64,000 nt of DNA from NCBI GenBank assembly GCA_951406725.2, contig OX597829.1, positions 12,152,001-12,216,000 of the forward strand, read 5' to 3'. Shown here in pieces: positions 13,848 through 26,809 of the stretch. This stretch comes from Octopus vulgaris. Lineage: Eukaryota. Numbering within the stretch: position 1 is the first letter of the stretch; each line of letters begins with the position of its first letter. The notes beneath the pieces were generated by a model. It was not told where the DNA came from. It saw only the letters and a program-made list of their open reading frames with translations, and did not search any database. The position numbers were made by a program, and so were the translations under genes.

Positions 13848-14900
13848 TCTTTAATCTAGGCACGTGGCCCAAACAAAGAGGGGACATACATAGACATGCG
13901 GGGACAAAAACCAAATGAAAATGAATAAATGAATATAATACAATGATATGAGGCAGTCATCTTGGACCCGCTCCGAGGCGAAACTTTGACTTTCTTTTAT
14001 ACAATGAAATCAAATGTTTTTAGTCTTTTTCTTTTCCCCCCTTTTTGTATCGTTTTTTTTCTTCCTTAAACGAAGTCATATCCAATTAAAGTTAATACCG
14101 TATAGATCATAGTCTATTCCACCCGGTACTTCATTTGTGTCGAATACCATTTTTCTGTATTCCGCGCTTTCTTTACAGTCTCTTATTATTTTCATTCTGT
14201 GTTCTAGCACCAACGCGCCTAAAACCATTTTTTCTGTTTTCACTACCTTCATGTCTATCCCTTTTTGAACTTTCCATTGTACTAACTCATCCACCATATC
14301 CTTTTTTACGCCTTTCAATAAAGCACAAACAAAACAAGTGGGAAGGTCGTTTTGCGTTTTTTTTTGTATGACTGCTGTTCTTTTTCTCATTTTTTTTGTG
14401 TCGGAGGGGAATAGGTGGGTTTGGTGTTTGCAGGGGGAGGTTGGGGCTGAGAGGGTATGGGTGGGGTGGGTACGAGCTGGGGTTCACTTAAGCTGTTCTT
14501 TTTCCTCTTCCTCTGTTTTCTTCGGTTATTTTTAAATCCATCTTCCTCATTTCTTTCTTCTATCCTTTCCGGTTCCTTCTCTGCTTTTTCCTGAGTTGGC
14601 TTATTTTTCAGAGGACAGCCCGTTCTAATGTGGCCTTTCTGACCACATTTATAGTAACGAAGAGATCTACCCCCTACCCACACTTTCATCACTGTTTATC
14701 CGACTGTCACCGCTCCCGCAGGCAACTCCAAGCCCTCCACCTCACTCTGCATTATAAGTTCCAAAATTCCACCGTCCCAACCAGTGGCCTCCACGTCTGC
14801 AGCCCAGAGTACGGTGACCTCTTTCTCGCTTCCTAGCAGCACAGCCACCGCTACCCAAGCCACATCTCTCCCAGGGGCACCCCCACACCGACCTCGGAAG
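13848..14900 (-). mobile_element. ORF1-only (HAL1-like) candidate, 5'-truncated
   Basis: Degenerate knuckle YYKCGQKGHIRTGC (14387..14692), proline-rich linker, C-terminal domain (14076..14390), then short T-rich 3' UTR ending ATTAAAG; no ORF2 follows. Confidence 0.55.
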
Positions 14901-14957
14901 TTCCTCTTTTACTATTTGTAAATCTCACAACGAGAGATATTCAGCAACAGTACTTTG

Positions 14958-15228
14958 GAGTAAAGATTGTTTGCCAACATAACATGGAAGTCCTGGTTTA
15001 GGACGAATATTGATGTAACTTAGCTGATGAAGGGAAATAACACGGAAATCGCGATACACAGATATTGTTTTGAGCTGAGTGGGGGTGCTAGATTTCCTTA
15101 TTCGAAAATATAAGGACAAAAATCGAGTCGCATAGCCAGCCGGAGACGATGTCTCCTGGGGATAAATTACAGCAACATTCGTCCTAAACCAGGACTGCCA
15201 TGTTATGTTGGCAAACAGTTTTTACTCT
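14958..15228. repeat. Fold-back module with ~65-bp inverted arms and degenerate HHR
   Basis: 14958-15022 is the reverse complement of 15163-15228; CTGATGA...GAAAT-CGCG-ATA directly inside the left arm. Confidence 0.6.
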
Positions 15229-15309
15229 TATTCTGGCTAACTCAGCGTTCTGAGTTCATGTGTTAAAGAAATGAGCTTTGCCTCAAGAGCTTTGCATGTA
15301 ATTTTATAT

Positions 15310-15850
15310 ACTTATTTATGGATTTTGCATAAAATGTAATCAGTGAGGTGTGAACTTATTCTTTTCATATTTTATTATCGTGGCTAACCATCGAATATGA
15401 TGAGGCAGATTGTTGATATTTTCTTCCAATTTTGATTTCCATTTCGGTTGCATCCGTTTAGTAATTTCATTAGTATGTGCACTGCAAGTTTTCCTATGAG
15501 TTAGCAGCAGTGTATAAGACTGTATTAATTGTCCAACCCATTCTAAAGACAAAATATTAAAAAAAGGCATTTGGAGGCATTTGACATAAAGGACGCGATC
15601 GACTTGCAGAGAGGGATATTTTACTCTACGCTAGTGGACATCACTGGTGACAAAAGCTGGTGCTACATAATAGATCATAGATTTTGAACTTTCTTATGAT
15701 AGCAGAGTCGATACGAAAGATATTGAAAAATTGAGAAATATCAAGATCTAGTCGGAGAGCTGAAGAGACTTTGGAAGAATAAGACAACGATTACTCCTGT
15801 TGTAATAGGTGTACATGGCACAACACCAGAAATGATACCTAATAAATTGG
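15310..15850. mobile_element. R4/Dong-like fragments in opposite orientations
   Basis: Minus piece PKWKSKLEENI (N-terminal region); plus piece 15640-15850 KYQDLVGELKRLW...TPVVIG (RLE region). Confidence 0.5.
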
Positions 15851-15859
15851 CGATGCTAT

Positions 15860-16220
15860 CCATAGAAAATGACATACTGCTTGTGAATAAGCGTTTTAAA
15901 AACAAACTTTTCTGACTTTCTTTTTTTATCTGAGAAGTTTTTCAAAATCATTTCAAAGCTAATGGTTTTTATAATGCCATTTTCTATAGATAACATTGGC
16001 AAATTATTTAGTCTCACTTGTGAAATTGTTGACCGTAGGTATGTTTTAATAAGTTTTAGGCTTGAAAAGCTTTTTTTACCTGATGCATTGTTAAGCAATA
16101 AAAACATTCGAAAATGTTTAATTCATCATAATGTCCTCCGCTCGAACGTGTGCATGGGTCACTCTCCTGGAGCAGGACCCAATTTGAACAAATCTTTCAA
16201 AGTGACTTAAAACCGGGCCT
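15860..16220 (-). mobile_element. hAT transposon remnant (C-terminal dimerisation domain)
   Basis: NASGKKSFSSLKLIKTYLRSTISQVRLNNLPMLSIE matches the hAT dimerisation motif; AGGCCCGGTTTTAAG-type end near 16220. Confidence 0.7.
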
Positions 16221-16249
16221 TCACTACCAGAATGTCTATCGTCACCAAC

Positions 16250-16511
16250 AAGGCCGGCACTTAAAAGTGCTAGGCCCAGTTAGAGAATTTTCAGTAGGGC
16301 CCTCTACTCTAGAAAAGGTGAAGATTGAAGTTTTACGCTATTCATGTAGAATCCTAGTCCGAGCCAAAAAGCTTCGCGGTCTCTACCATTATCCACAATG
16401 TTATACTAAACATTCATCATAGCTTCCTCTGTCCGAGCGTGTTCGCGGGACCTTTTCTTGGCGCGAGACCAAGTTTGAATAAATTTGTCTAATTGGTTTA
16501 AAACCAGTCTA
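16250..16511. mobile_element. hAT-like MITE
   Basis: Imperfect termini AGGCCGGCACTTAA / TTAAAACCAGTCT; right end similar to 16150-16220. Confidence 0.4.
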
Positions 16512-16974
16512 CATGGAGGTCAAAATAACACAGACATACGCTCGAAGTTGACTCCCTTTTCGAAATAAACAATGTTAATCACTGAAGAGTATTGTTTCAT
16601 TCTCAACACAATTATTTTTAATTACCATTTTATTGGTTCGTGAATTAAATACACCATCACCAATGTATTACACTTTCCCTCTCACACAAGAACATACACG
16701 CGCGCACACATACGTATATGTATTTATAGAATGACTGACAGACTAACAGACAAATTGAGACAGAAATAAGAAGACAGGCGGACGGATGAATGATGGATAG
16801 ATAGACAGATATGGATTACGATATATACACATATATAAGGAGAGAGACTGGTACATAGACAACCAAGTAAACAGAAAGAGAGACAGTAAGACAGACAGGC
16901 TGCGAGATAGATACATAAATAAATAGATAGATAAAGAAGGATAGAGGCAAAGATAGACAGTCTGAGAGAGTCAG

Positions 16975-17190
<216 letters not shown>

Positions 17191-17711
17191 AAGTAATTAG
17201 TCAGGCAGATGAATAATTGAATGCATAGATGGATAGATAGACAGGGAAAGATAGATAAACAGACGAACAAAAGATAGCCGTAATTCACCAAAAGCGGGAG
17301 AAATTCATCTGACAAATTAACAATGACAAAAATCTAAGGCAAAAATAAAATGAAAAATACATAGAACCGCATAAAAAAATATAAAAAATAATAAGGAGAG
17401 CAATTTCCTACGTTCAAATTTCAGTGAGAAGTTTTAGCTTCCGGTTTGTATTATTATATATAGTTGATGATAATTAGGGACACTGAGCAGGCACATACAA
17501 AGATTAATAGTCTCGGAGACATTTATATTCATACAAAAATACAAGCACACATACCCCGGTCCAGCAGCTGTGTATACAATCTGTCTCGTGTGCGCGTGCA
17601 CATACACATAATGTTCGCACAAGTGCGTGTACACACACACACAAACACAAGCACAGATCTTCACAGATTTGGTTTTCGACACGCCCACAGTTTCATACAA
17701 ACAGATATAAG

Positions 17712-18064
<353 letters not shown>

Positions 18065-18082
18065 TGTATGTATGTATATATA

Positions 18083-18751
18083 CTAGGGAGTACCCAAAAG
18101 AAACTAGAATTTTGCAATATTATTTTATTCACTTAGTTTTACATATTTACACTTTTTTCGCCTTGAAGTAATGCATCGGCCCAGACGCGTTTTCCACTGT
18201 TGGAAGCAGTCGTGAAACTCTTGCTAAGTGATGCCTTTTAGCGTCTCCATTGTGTTTTTCTTCACCACTTCCACATTGCAAATTTCGTAGCACCAGCTTT
18301 CGTCACCAGTAATGACCTTCGAAAAAAGGTCCGGATCAACTTCAAACTGTTCTTTCAGTTCACGACACACATTCAGTCGTGACTGCTTTTGATCTTCCGT
18401 GAGCAAGCGAGGCTCGAATTTTGCTGTAACTCTTTTCATTCGCAATTCCTCTCTCAAAATTCGTTGGCAGGAGATCCAGGACACACCATTCATATCAATA
18501 AGTTCATCAATTGTTCAGTGATGGTCATCCAGGATAAGTTCATGAATTTTCATGATGTTTTCACTCGTTCAGAAGGTCGCCGGTCGCCCTGAAAGATGTT
18601 GGTCAACTGACTATTTCTAAAGCGTGAAAACCACTCGTAAATTTGTGTTTTGCCTGAGGGTCGCATAAAGTGGTTTCTAGTGGCGCAAGCACAAACTACG
18701 GCGGCCTTGTTACACAGAGGACATTTTCGGTTACTTTGGGGTATTCCTTCG
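18083..18751 (-). mobile_element. Internally deleted mariner transposon
   Basis: Imperfect TIRs flanked by TA; protein KFEPRLLTEDQKQSR...VITGDESW (18224..18493). Confidence 0.85.
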
Positions 18752-18774
18752 TATGGATATATATATATATATAT

Positions 18775-20418
18775 AAGTTCAGCAACAATTTAGATTCAAA
18801 TGAATCACTAGATATGTAAATAAGTCATCTAATCATTAGTTAAAATATTTCTGTAAGAATTTCTAAATTGTCATCTAATAGTGATATATTTTACTCTCAC
18901 TCTAACCATTACAATACCGCATTATCCAAAGCGGGATATGATAAGGACAGCTTATATCTCCCGAACAATGAAGCGAATATAAATAATGTAAACAATAATA
19001 GCTGTCATACCCTACATAAAAATAGATTTATGGAGAGGAAAAATCTAGTGTATAAACTAAATAATAAGAATAAAAATATTGACCAGATAATAAGCAAATT
19101 TGAAAATACCAATCTAGATAAATCTAATAGACATGGAAATAGAAGTAAAAAGAATAATAATTCTCGTGCGAATGGTGATAACATATCTCACTCCAACTCA
19201 TACTTAAAAAAATATAAAAGAGAAAATATCATTTAGCTAAATATTCCCTTTAATTTGCGATCTTGACGAATGTGTACAGTAGATTTAAATCTATACTAGA
19301 AACAACTTCCCAGCCTCCCATAAATATCATATTCTGTTCTATGGAAATCTATGAAATTTTAAAGCATCGAAGTAACAAAAATCTACTAAATAATCGTCTA
19401 GAGTTAGGAACATCTTGCATACATTCCACAATTAGAACTTTTAAATACTTTAAATAGAAATTTAAGTTTTCCTACTTTTTCTAACTGTAACTTTTTAATA
19501 TAATAATAATATGAGATATACTATACTAACCTTTAATTTACTTTTATAGTTAACAAGATTAACCTAACTATAATCTTGAAATTGCATCTTTCCCCAAATC
19601 TATTCTAATTTTAACATTAATACCATTCCCCCAGTTATAAAATGCGATACCTACTATAAATTAGATGAGGTTTTGTTCCCCTACCCTTTATAAAAGAATT
19701 TAATTGACCTCTGGACATTGACCTAGATTTTTTCTCACCACGTAAAAATAAATAGCTTTTTATTCTAGAGACAACCTGAATTACCTTCATGTATTCTAAA
19801 TCCTTCATTTTTTCTGCAACTAACTTAAACCCCTTTTACAGTATTCTTTCACATCCCCTTACCTAAATTCCTACCAAAAAATTCTGATGGCATTCAGTTG
19901 AAAGTGGGGTTTGGTCAGTTTAGTAGCTGACCTACTACCTCATATGTTCCTTAGAATTTAATGATCTTTCTACACTGACCTAAATTTTTTGTCACCACAT
20001 AAATAAATTGACCCTTTGTTCTAGTGACAATCTGTTCTTCTTTTACATCTCCGGAATTTTCCTCTTCTTTTCTTCAACTAACTTGAATTCTTGACCTGCC
20101 CTTATCCCTATCCTTATAACTAAAGAAATTTTCTTACAACAGTCAGTTGTAAACAAGGTTTTGTTCAGTTGGCATCTAAACTACACAACCTCATGTTCCT
20201 AAGATTCATATCTACATCTTTATCTGTATATTTACCTTCCCTAAGATGTTATTAATTGATTTGAGAACTTTATATTATTGGAAAACCTATATAAAATTAG
20301 CTGAAGATTACTCGGCATCTTAAATCTGCTGTAACATTTACAGCTTTTAATAAAATGTTGTAGTATGGAACAATTGTACTAAATTACCGGATTCATTCTT
20401 GTGGCTTATTTTTGAGTA
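18775..20418 (+). mobile_element. Penelope-like element remnant with internal ~257-bp tandem repeat and 3' HHR
   Basis: ISKLSSNSDIF...YNTALSKAGY and ENII*LNIPF resemble the Penelope RT C-terminus; TA-rich flanks. Confidence 0.7.
20297..20382 (+). ncRNA. Degenerate type I hammerhead ribozyme
   Basis: TTAG-CTGAAGA-TTACT..AGTAT-GGAAC-AATT-GTA-CTAA; one core change (GAAA>GGAA). Confidence 0.6.
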
Positions 20419-20778
20419 TATATATATATTTGAAAACTATGGATTATACATATGTATATATACGTACACATATATAAGAAAATATATATAGGGTAGAGAA
20501 ATTAGAGAAATTTTCTGCCAATGCATAAAATAGTCAATAGACAACATATTTTTCATATAAAGTTAGTGTACATTCATAGACAAAATTTCTCTAATTTTCC
20601 TACCCTATATATATTTTGTTAATATGATGTTAGTAATTATGAAGAAAGTCGGCACATAAATGTATATTTGCTGCCGACTATTACTGCGCTTGCGCGGTGG
20701 ATTTGAAATATTATAATGTATAAAGATGGGACATGTGCTCTCTATTTGTCCCACAATAATATGTTAATTATAAGAGCC

Positions 20779-20847
20779 CTTGCTGATGAAGAACACGGAT
20801 AACAAATTATCTTATTTGTTCATTAATGTTCGAAACCTAGGTACAAG
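20779..20847 (+). ncRNA. Minimal type I hammerhead ribozyme (intact core)
   Basis: CTTG-CTGATGA-A-GAACA..(AACAAAT/ATTTGTT)..TGTTC-GAAAC-CTAG-GTA-CAAG; palindromic stem III; lies in TA-flanked module 20480-20990 with inverted repeat 20480-20514/20582-20616. Confidence 0.82.
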
Positions 20848-21309
20848 TAGTAACTAGTGAAAATGTTTAGATTTTTCACCCCCTTCGAAATTACTCTTAA
20901 CCGTGGTTTGGATTTTGACTGTTTGTTTTATGATGTAAGATGTCCTGTTAGGGTCACCTCTTTTGTGTATAAATGTACACTAATTTTATATATATATATA
21001 TAAATATTTAGGATAAGCAACAGAGTGATACAAGGGCAGAGATTTTCGTGTGTTGGCACTTATCAAACTAGTTGCAGGACGTAGAGCTGTGCGTTTATAT
21101 AGCTAGTTAAATTACGTTTCTCTGGAATGTTCTCAGACAAAATTTTAAAACTGTCACGTTGATAGTTCATAGTTTTCAAATAGTTTGCCCGTTGTGTCGT
21201 TCAGTAAACGAAAACATGAACAAATGAATAAAAGGAAAACCAAATAAGAGGGAAAAGGAAAAAAGGAAAGTTTTAGGTTGTCATTTATTTTCTAATTTTT
21301 TTCAAGACT

Positions 21310-21425
21310 TATACACGCCCTGATACCGTCGGTATCTACATATCAAATTTGAGCGCAATCGGATGGAGGATGCCCGAGAGCCTAGAAGACACACACACAG
21401 ACAAACAGAACGGATTTTATATATA
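21310..21425 (+). mobile_element. Possible non-autonomous Helitron-like 3' end
   Basis: CAAATTTGAGCGCAATCGG...(CA)n-CAGACAAACAG...TTTTATATATA resembles DINE-1/Lep1-type ends; resemblance only. Confidence 0.35.
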
Positions 21426-21433
21426 ATATATAT

Positions 21434-21509
<76 letters not shown>

Positions 21510-21781
21510 TGTATGTATGTATGTATGTATATATATATATATATATAATAATAATATAAATAATATAATATAAAATAAGGGTTCTATACAAATAAACATT
21601 TTTATATACAAAAGATGGAGGTGGGAACAGCACAGACATTTCAATTTAAGAAGGAATTTATAAAATGAATTTTACTGATATTTGATAAGATGAGATTCAT
21701 CATCGAAACCGGTAATATTTTCTTTATATAAATTCTTCTTAAATTGAACTGTCTTAGATTTACTTCTATGCTATTTCCACC

Positions 21782-21828
<47 letters not shown>

Positions 21829-21944
21829 AGTAAGTGAAACAAGAACACACAGGGAAATGAAGTGTCACTGAAGAGGTCATATGTGTGTATGTGTGTATGT
21901 ATGTTGTGTGTAGTAGGTTGAAAATTAACACACGAGTTGATATG

Positions 21945-23568
21945 TATAAGGAAAATTGGACTAGGTAGAAAATGCTAAAATAATTTTAGTGCCGGTTTCC
22001 ATCTTCGTGACATTTTCAACTTAGAGTAAGGCAGAAAAGCTATTAAATTTTGGAAAAATTAAATGACATGTTTTAAAAAATATTTCCATAGTTTTCAAAT
22101 AGGTGCAACGTTTTCCTTTTTTCTTCTCTCTCTTACTTCTATGAATGCTCGGTAGATAGGTTGGTAGGTAGTGGCAGATCTGAAGAAATATTTAGTATGA
22201 GGGATGTAGTTCTGGTTTCGGATTGTTTAAGCAGCAGTTAATGAAAAGTCTTCTAAGCCAAGCCCAAGTAAACAACATTGAAACCGTCAGTAAAAAAATG
22301 CGGAAGACATAACTCTACAATATACATCAACCTAATTAGAGGGATCGGAGTGCGCCTTCAAACAAGGCCAACGTTTTACAGTGAAAAACAACTTCAAATA
22401 TGCTTCGGAAAACCAAGTATACGTATTAACTTATTCAGGCTAAACCAGAAAAAGTCTGCGCCAAAGAATGACACTACATAGATACGAGATTGAAATTCGA
22501 GAATGCAGAAAAATAGCATTTTGCGAACACATCAACATTTGCACCACTAACGAACACCCCAAATTCAGAATTTTTCCCCGCTATAAATTCAGGAACGATC
22601 CGAACTATAATTAGCACATTAACAGAGTCATATCTTATCGCAAAATATAAACCCCTTTTGAATGCTTCCACCCCAAATGACACTACTACAAGGGCCTTTG
22701 TAGTATACCCACACAAATATTAGAAACGATATTTTCAGAACAGTCACTGCCCACGGATTTATTCAGAACAATTTCAATCACCACTACTATAACCACAAGT
22801 CAGTTTTAGGTCACTTGATCATTTAAGAATACTACCAACAGCCTCCCAACTAGTTATACCTTTTTCTTTACTACCCACAAGGGGCTAAACATAGAGAGGA
22901 CAAACAAGGACAGACATAGGTATTAAATCGATTACATTGACCCCAGTGCGTAACTGGTACTTAATTTATCGACCCAGAAGGGATGAAAGGCAAAGTTGAC
23001 CTCGGCGGAATTTGTACTCACAACGTAACGGCAGACGAAATCCCGCTAACCATTTCGCCCGGCGTACTAACGTTTCTGCCAGCTCGCCGCCTTCAAACTA
23101 GTCATACTACTCTCGTCTTTTTCTACTTTCTCTTCTTTCTTCTTCTTCTTCTTCTTCTTCTTCTTCTTCTTCTTCTTCTTCTTCTTCTTCTTCTTCTTCT
23201 TCTTCTTCTTCTTCTTCTTCTTCTTCTTCTTCTTCTTCTTCTTCTTCTTTGCCGTCTCCTTCCTCGGCTACTTCTGCTAAAACAATCAAAATCCAGAACC
23301 AACATCCCACATATTAAATCTTCAGATCTGCTACTACCTACCTACCGAACCTTCACAAAAGTAAAAGAACGAGAGACAGAAAAAAGGAAAATGTCCCACG
23401 TATTTGAAAACTATATAGAAACATTTAAAAAAAACATTTCCTTTAATTTTTCCTCAATTAAATGTTTTCCATGCTTTACTAAGTTGAAAAATTCGCAAAG
23501 ACTGAAACCTGCACTAAAATGTTCTTCATGATAAAATTATTTTAGCATTTCTACCTTGTCCTATTTTC

Positions 23569-23572
<4 letters not shown>
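21945..23572 (+). mobile_element. Old Penelope-like element with diverged ~300-bp inverted pLTR arms
   Basis: 21945-22240 is approximately the reverse complement of 23275-23572; GFIQNNFNHHYYNHK (GIY-YIG-like) near 22755-22800; interrupted by a SINE and (CTT)n. Confidence 0.65.
22862..23095 (-). mobile_element. tRNA-derived SINE (second family) with Tx1-like 3' tail
   Basis: Head GGCGGCGAGCTGGCAGAA; tail GTTTAGCCCCTTGTGGGTAGTAAAG; partial second copy 49084-49172. Confidence 0.8.
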
Positions 23573-23599
<27 letters not shown>

Positions 23600-23605
<6 letters not shown>

Positions 23606-23721
23606 ATATTTCGGAATGGTCATTTTGCCAGTTTAGCCAATAAAAACACACGCACTATATATTTGGTGTTATTTTGCTTCATTGTTATTTATTTTTTACA
23701 TTAATCTTAATCTTATTTCGG
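23600..23721 (-). mobile_element. Family A Penelope pLTR terminal fragment
   Basis: Near-identical to 1744-1864; follows (TA)n. Confidence 0.85.
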
Positions 23722-24228
23722 TAGTAAAGAAATAGGTATAACTAGTTGGGAGGCTGTTGGTAGTCTTCTTAAATGATCAAGTGACCTAAACATTTATACG
23801 CACTTCAGATAATTGTAATGTATGTGCTTATTAAAATATATTTCATTTTCAAAATTTAATAGAATCTACAGACGTTATTTTATTGTTTTGTCAATGCCTG
23901 TTGGCAAACTGACGTCCATTTTCTTGGTTTTAGGGATACGTTTCCAGCACTCCTTCTTACTTTGTTGGGGTTGTCGATGTTCATGGTCTTCCGGAACGTT
24001 TCTTGCTGACATTCTGAACAGTTCTAGCGGCTTCCAACTTATCTCTAATTCGATTGATGGTAAGTCCGGTTGGTAGATCTGTTTGAAACTCCCTCCTAAA
24101 TTGTCTTTGCACTTCAACTGCGTTTTCACACTTTCAGTAGCATTTTAAAATGAATTCCCTTCGTCCAAAGCTTAGTCTGACTGCCATCATTAATTCCAGT
24201 GGGTTTCATCTGGTCAAGAAAAAACATC

Positions 24229-24275
24229 AATTGAGTTATCAGCTGCTAAAGCGTGTATACATTCCTTTGGGAAAC

Positions 24276-24335
<60 letters not shown>

Positions 24336-24382
24336 GTTTCCCAAAGGAATGTATACACGCTTTAGCAGCTGATAACTCAATT
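24229..24382. repeat. Perfect palindrome centred on (TA)n
   Basis: AATTGAG...AAACCTG-(TA)n-CAGGTTT...CTCAATT, ~50-bp unique arms. Confidence 0.95.
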
Positions 24383-24402
24383 ATATATATGTATATATAT
24401 AT

Positions 24403-24973
24403 ATATTGTTGTATTTAGGAATGGTCATTTTGCCAGTTTAGCCAATAAAAACACATGAACATATAAGAATATACAAAAACAACAAAAACAAAAAAAACAA
24501 AAAACAAAAAAAGCAAAACAAAACAAAATAAAAAATAAAAATTACATGAACATATAAAATTACAAATTACATGAACATATATAAACAGAAGATATAAATA
24601 TTACAGGCATCCCCCACATACACACACTAAATAAACATAAACGGACATAGAGATATAAGCATGCGCAAATGAAGACATACAATAGAAATACAAAATGGCT
24701 GACGGTTAGTAAGGAGAGACACAAATAAGTAAGAAGAAAACAAAGGACCACTGATGCGGTCACAGGAGTGTGACGAAAGAACTCTGGCCGAAATAAGATT
24801 AAGATTAATGTAAAAAATAAATAACACTGAAGTAACACCAAATATATATTGCGTGTGTTTTTATTGTGTGTTTTTATTGGCTAAACTGGCAAAATGACCA
24901 TTCCTAAATACAACAATATCTGTTTCAACACAAGACTTCACATAAAAAATCTTGCACAACAAATATTTAAACG
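24403..24973 (+). mobile_element. Family A Penelope pLTR with short inverted arm
   Basis: 24403-24455 is the reverse complement of ~24867-24919 including private variants; tail 24920-24973; TA-flanked. Confidence 0.88.
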
Positions 24974-25005
<32 letters not shown>

Positions 25006-25972
25006 TTCTAAGTCTTGTATCATAAAGTCATAAAATTATTCTAAGTCCAGTATCTCTATAAATTTCATACTCAGTTTATATAAAGCTGTGCTGATATACT
25101 CACTAATAATTAAAAAATCTACTTAGACCCAAAATTTTAATATATAATTAGCATGTTCTTTTACCTCAATACTCCTTTATTAATACCAGTAAATAGGCCG
25201 CAGTCAAATGACTGAAACAAGTAAAAGAGTAGAAGAGTAAAAGAGATATCTTATAAATTAGTATTGAAGTTGTAAATATTAAAATCTTTCTATATTTTCT
25301 TTTCCTCCCTCTATTGTAATAAAAGTTTGATATATACTAAAAATTATTCATAAATATGCTTCTTAATAATCTTTTGAATAACCCTAAACTTTATCTGTAT
25401 ACAATATAGCAGCATTGTTTTATAGTAGCTAACTGTAATAATCTATGATAAGACTTCACTTTTCCCATTATCAATGGTCTGCTATTTGGCGATCACTTAA
25501 TTATCAGCTAACATATTGTTTTAAGTTTTCTATACATAAAACTCATGACATTGCTTCAAAAAATCTTGATTTTATGACCATACCATCAACTCCATCAACT
25601 CTACCTCAAACAGATACTACCCTCTATCTTCTCCCAGTCTTAAATATCCAATGGATTTAATAAACTAGTCTATAAATTAAAACTGACCCCGTAAAAAAAA
25701 AATAACAGAAAAATCAGTGACTTGCAGTGTTACAACTATGATGTTGTTGGTAAAACATGTTCTTTGTCTATCTCCTTATCTGAGTATTGAAACTAGAGAC
25801 CTTATATCTCAAAAATACCGATATACTGTCATGAAACACGTGTTGTCTTTAAAAGGGAAAGTATGGGATTCTGAACAGATATAGTAAGTATCATATTTAA
25901 TATTTTATGGCTCGGTCGGGCATAATATCTTTCAATGTTCATTGCGTTGAGGGTGGTTCTGTCTCTAAAACT

Positions 25973-26031
<59 letters not shown>

Positions 26032-26173
26032 CAGAGATAAAACCACTATTATGCAACTCAAACAGTGATAGACATAAACCAAAACATAAATATCAAATAA
26101 GATATATTTTTATAAAACATATAACTAGATCTCAAAAAGAATAAAAATGAATAGTCAATATATAAGTAAAATA

Positions 26174-26278
26174 AACTACGTACGTTTCAAGGCTACAATT
26201 AAATTCGAATTATAATATAATTAATTTTAAATTTAATTGAAATGAATTCAATTTAAAATTATGGCCAATATTCAGGTT
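26174..26278 (-). ncRNA. Degenerate hammerhead in TA-adjacent pLTR (26028-26620)
   Basis: Minus strand AAC-CTGAATA-..GGC..GCC..-GAAAC-GTAC-GTA-GTT; G8 altered. Confidence 0.5.
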
Positions 26279-26623
26279 AACAATAAAAGTTAAATAAATA
26301 AGCAAAATAGAGTTAAACAATATTTATTTAAAAAATAAATAAAATAATAAGTTTTCTTCTAGAAGAAACTCCATTAACTAAATCTGAAACTTAAAACATT
26401 AGGGTTAGTTTCCTACAACACATTTATTGTGTTAAATATTTAATATTTAAGGTAAAAAAAAGTAGAGTAAATGGATAGAAATATGTATTTATCTGTGAAG
26501 ATATAATTTAGCTTGAAAAACATTAATAAACTATAGAATATCATTAACCCAGCTATACTCCAATATTTAATTACCAAATTTAATATTCATGCACTTAAAT
26601 ATTTACTATTAATTTTAGTAGAC

Positions 26624-26699
<76 letters not shown>

Positions 26700-26700
26700 C

Positions 26701-26735
<35 letters not shown>

Positions 26736-26809
26736 CATAATAATAATAATATATATATAAATTAATAAATAAATAAAACATATGCATATATACATACATA
26801 TATGTACGT

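Noticed and set aside
21985-22030. HHR-like strings in the inverted arms (also 23478-23520), and at ~25830 and ~29790
   Set aside because: Multiple core positions missing and stems do not pair
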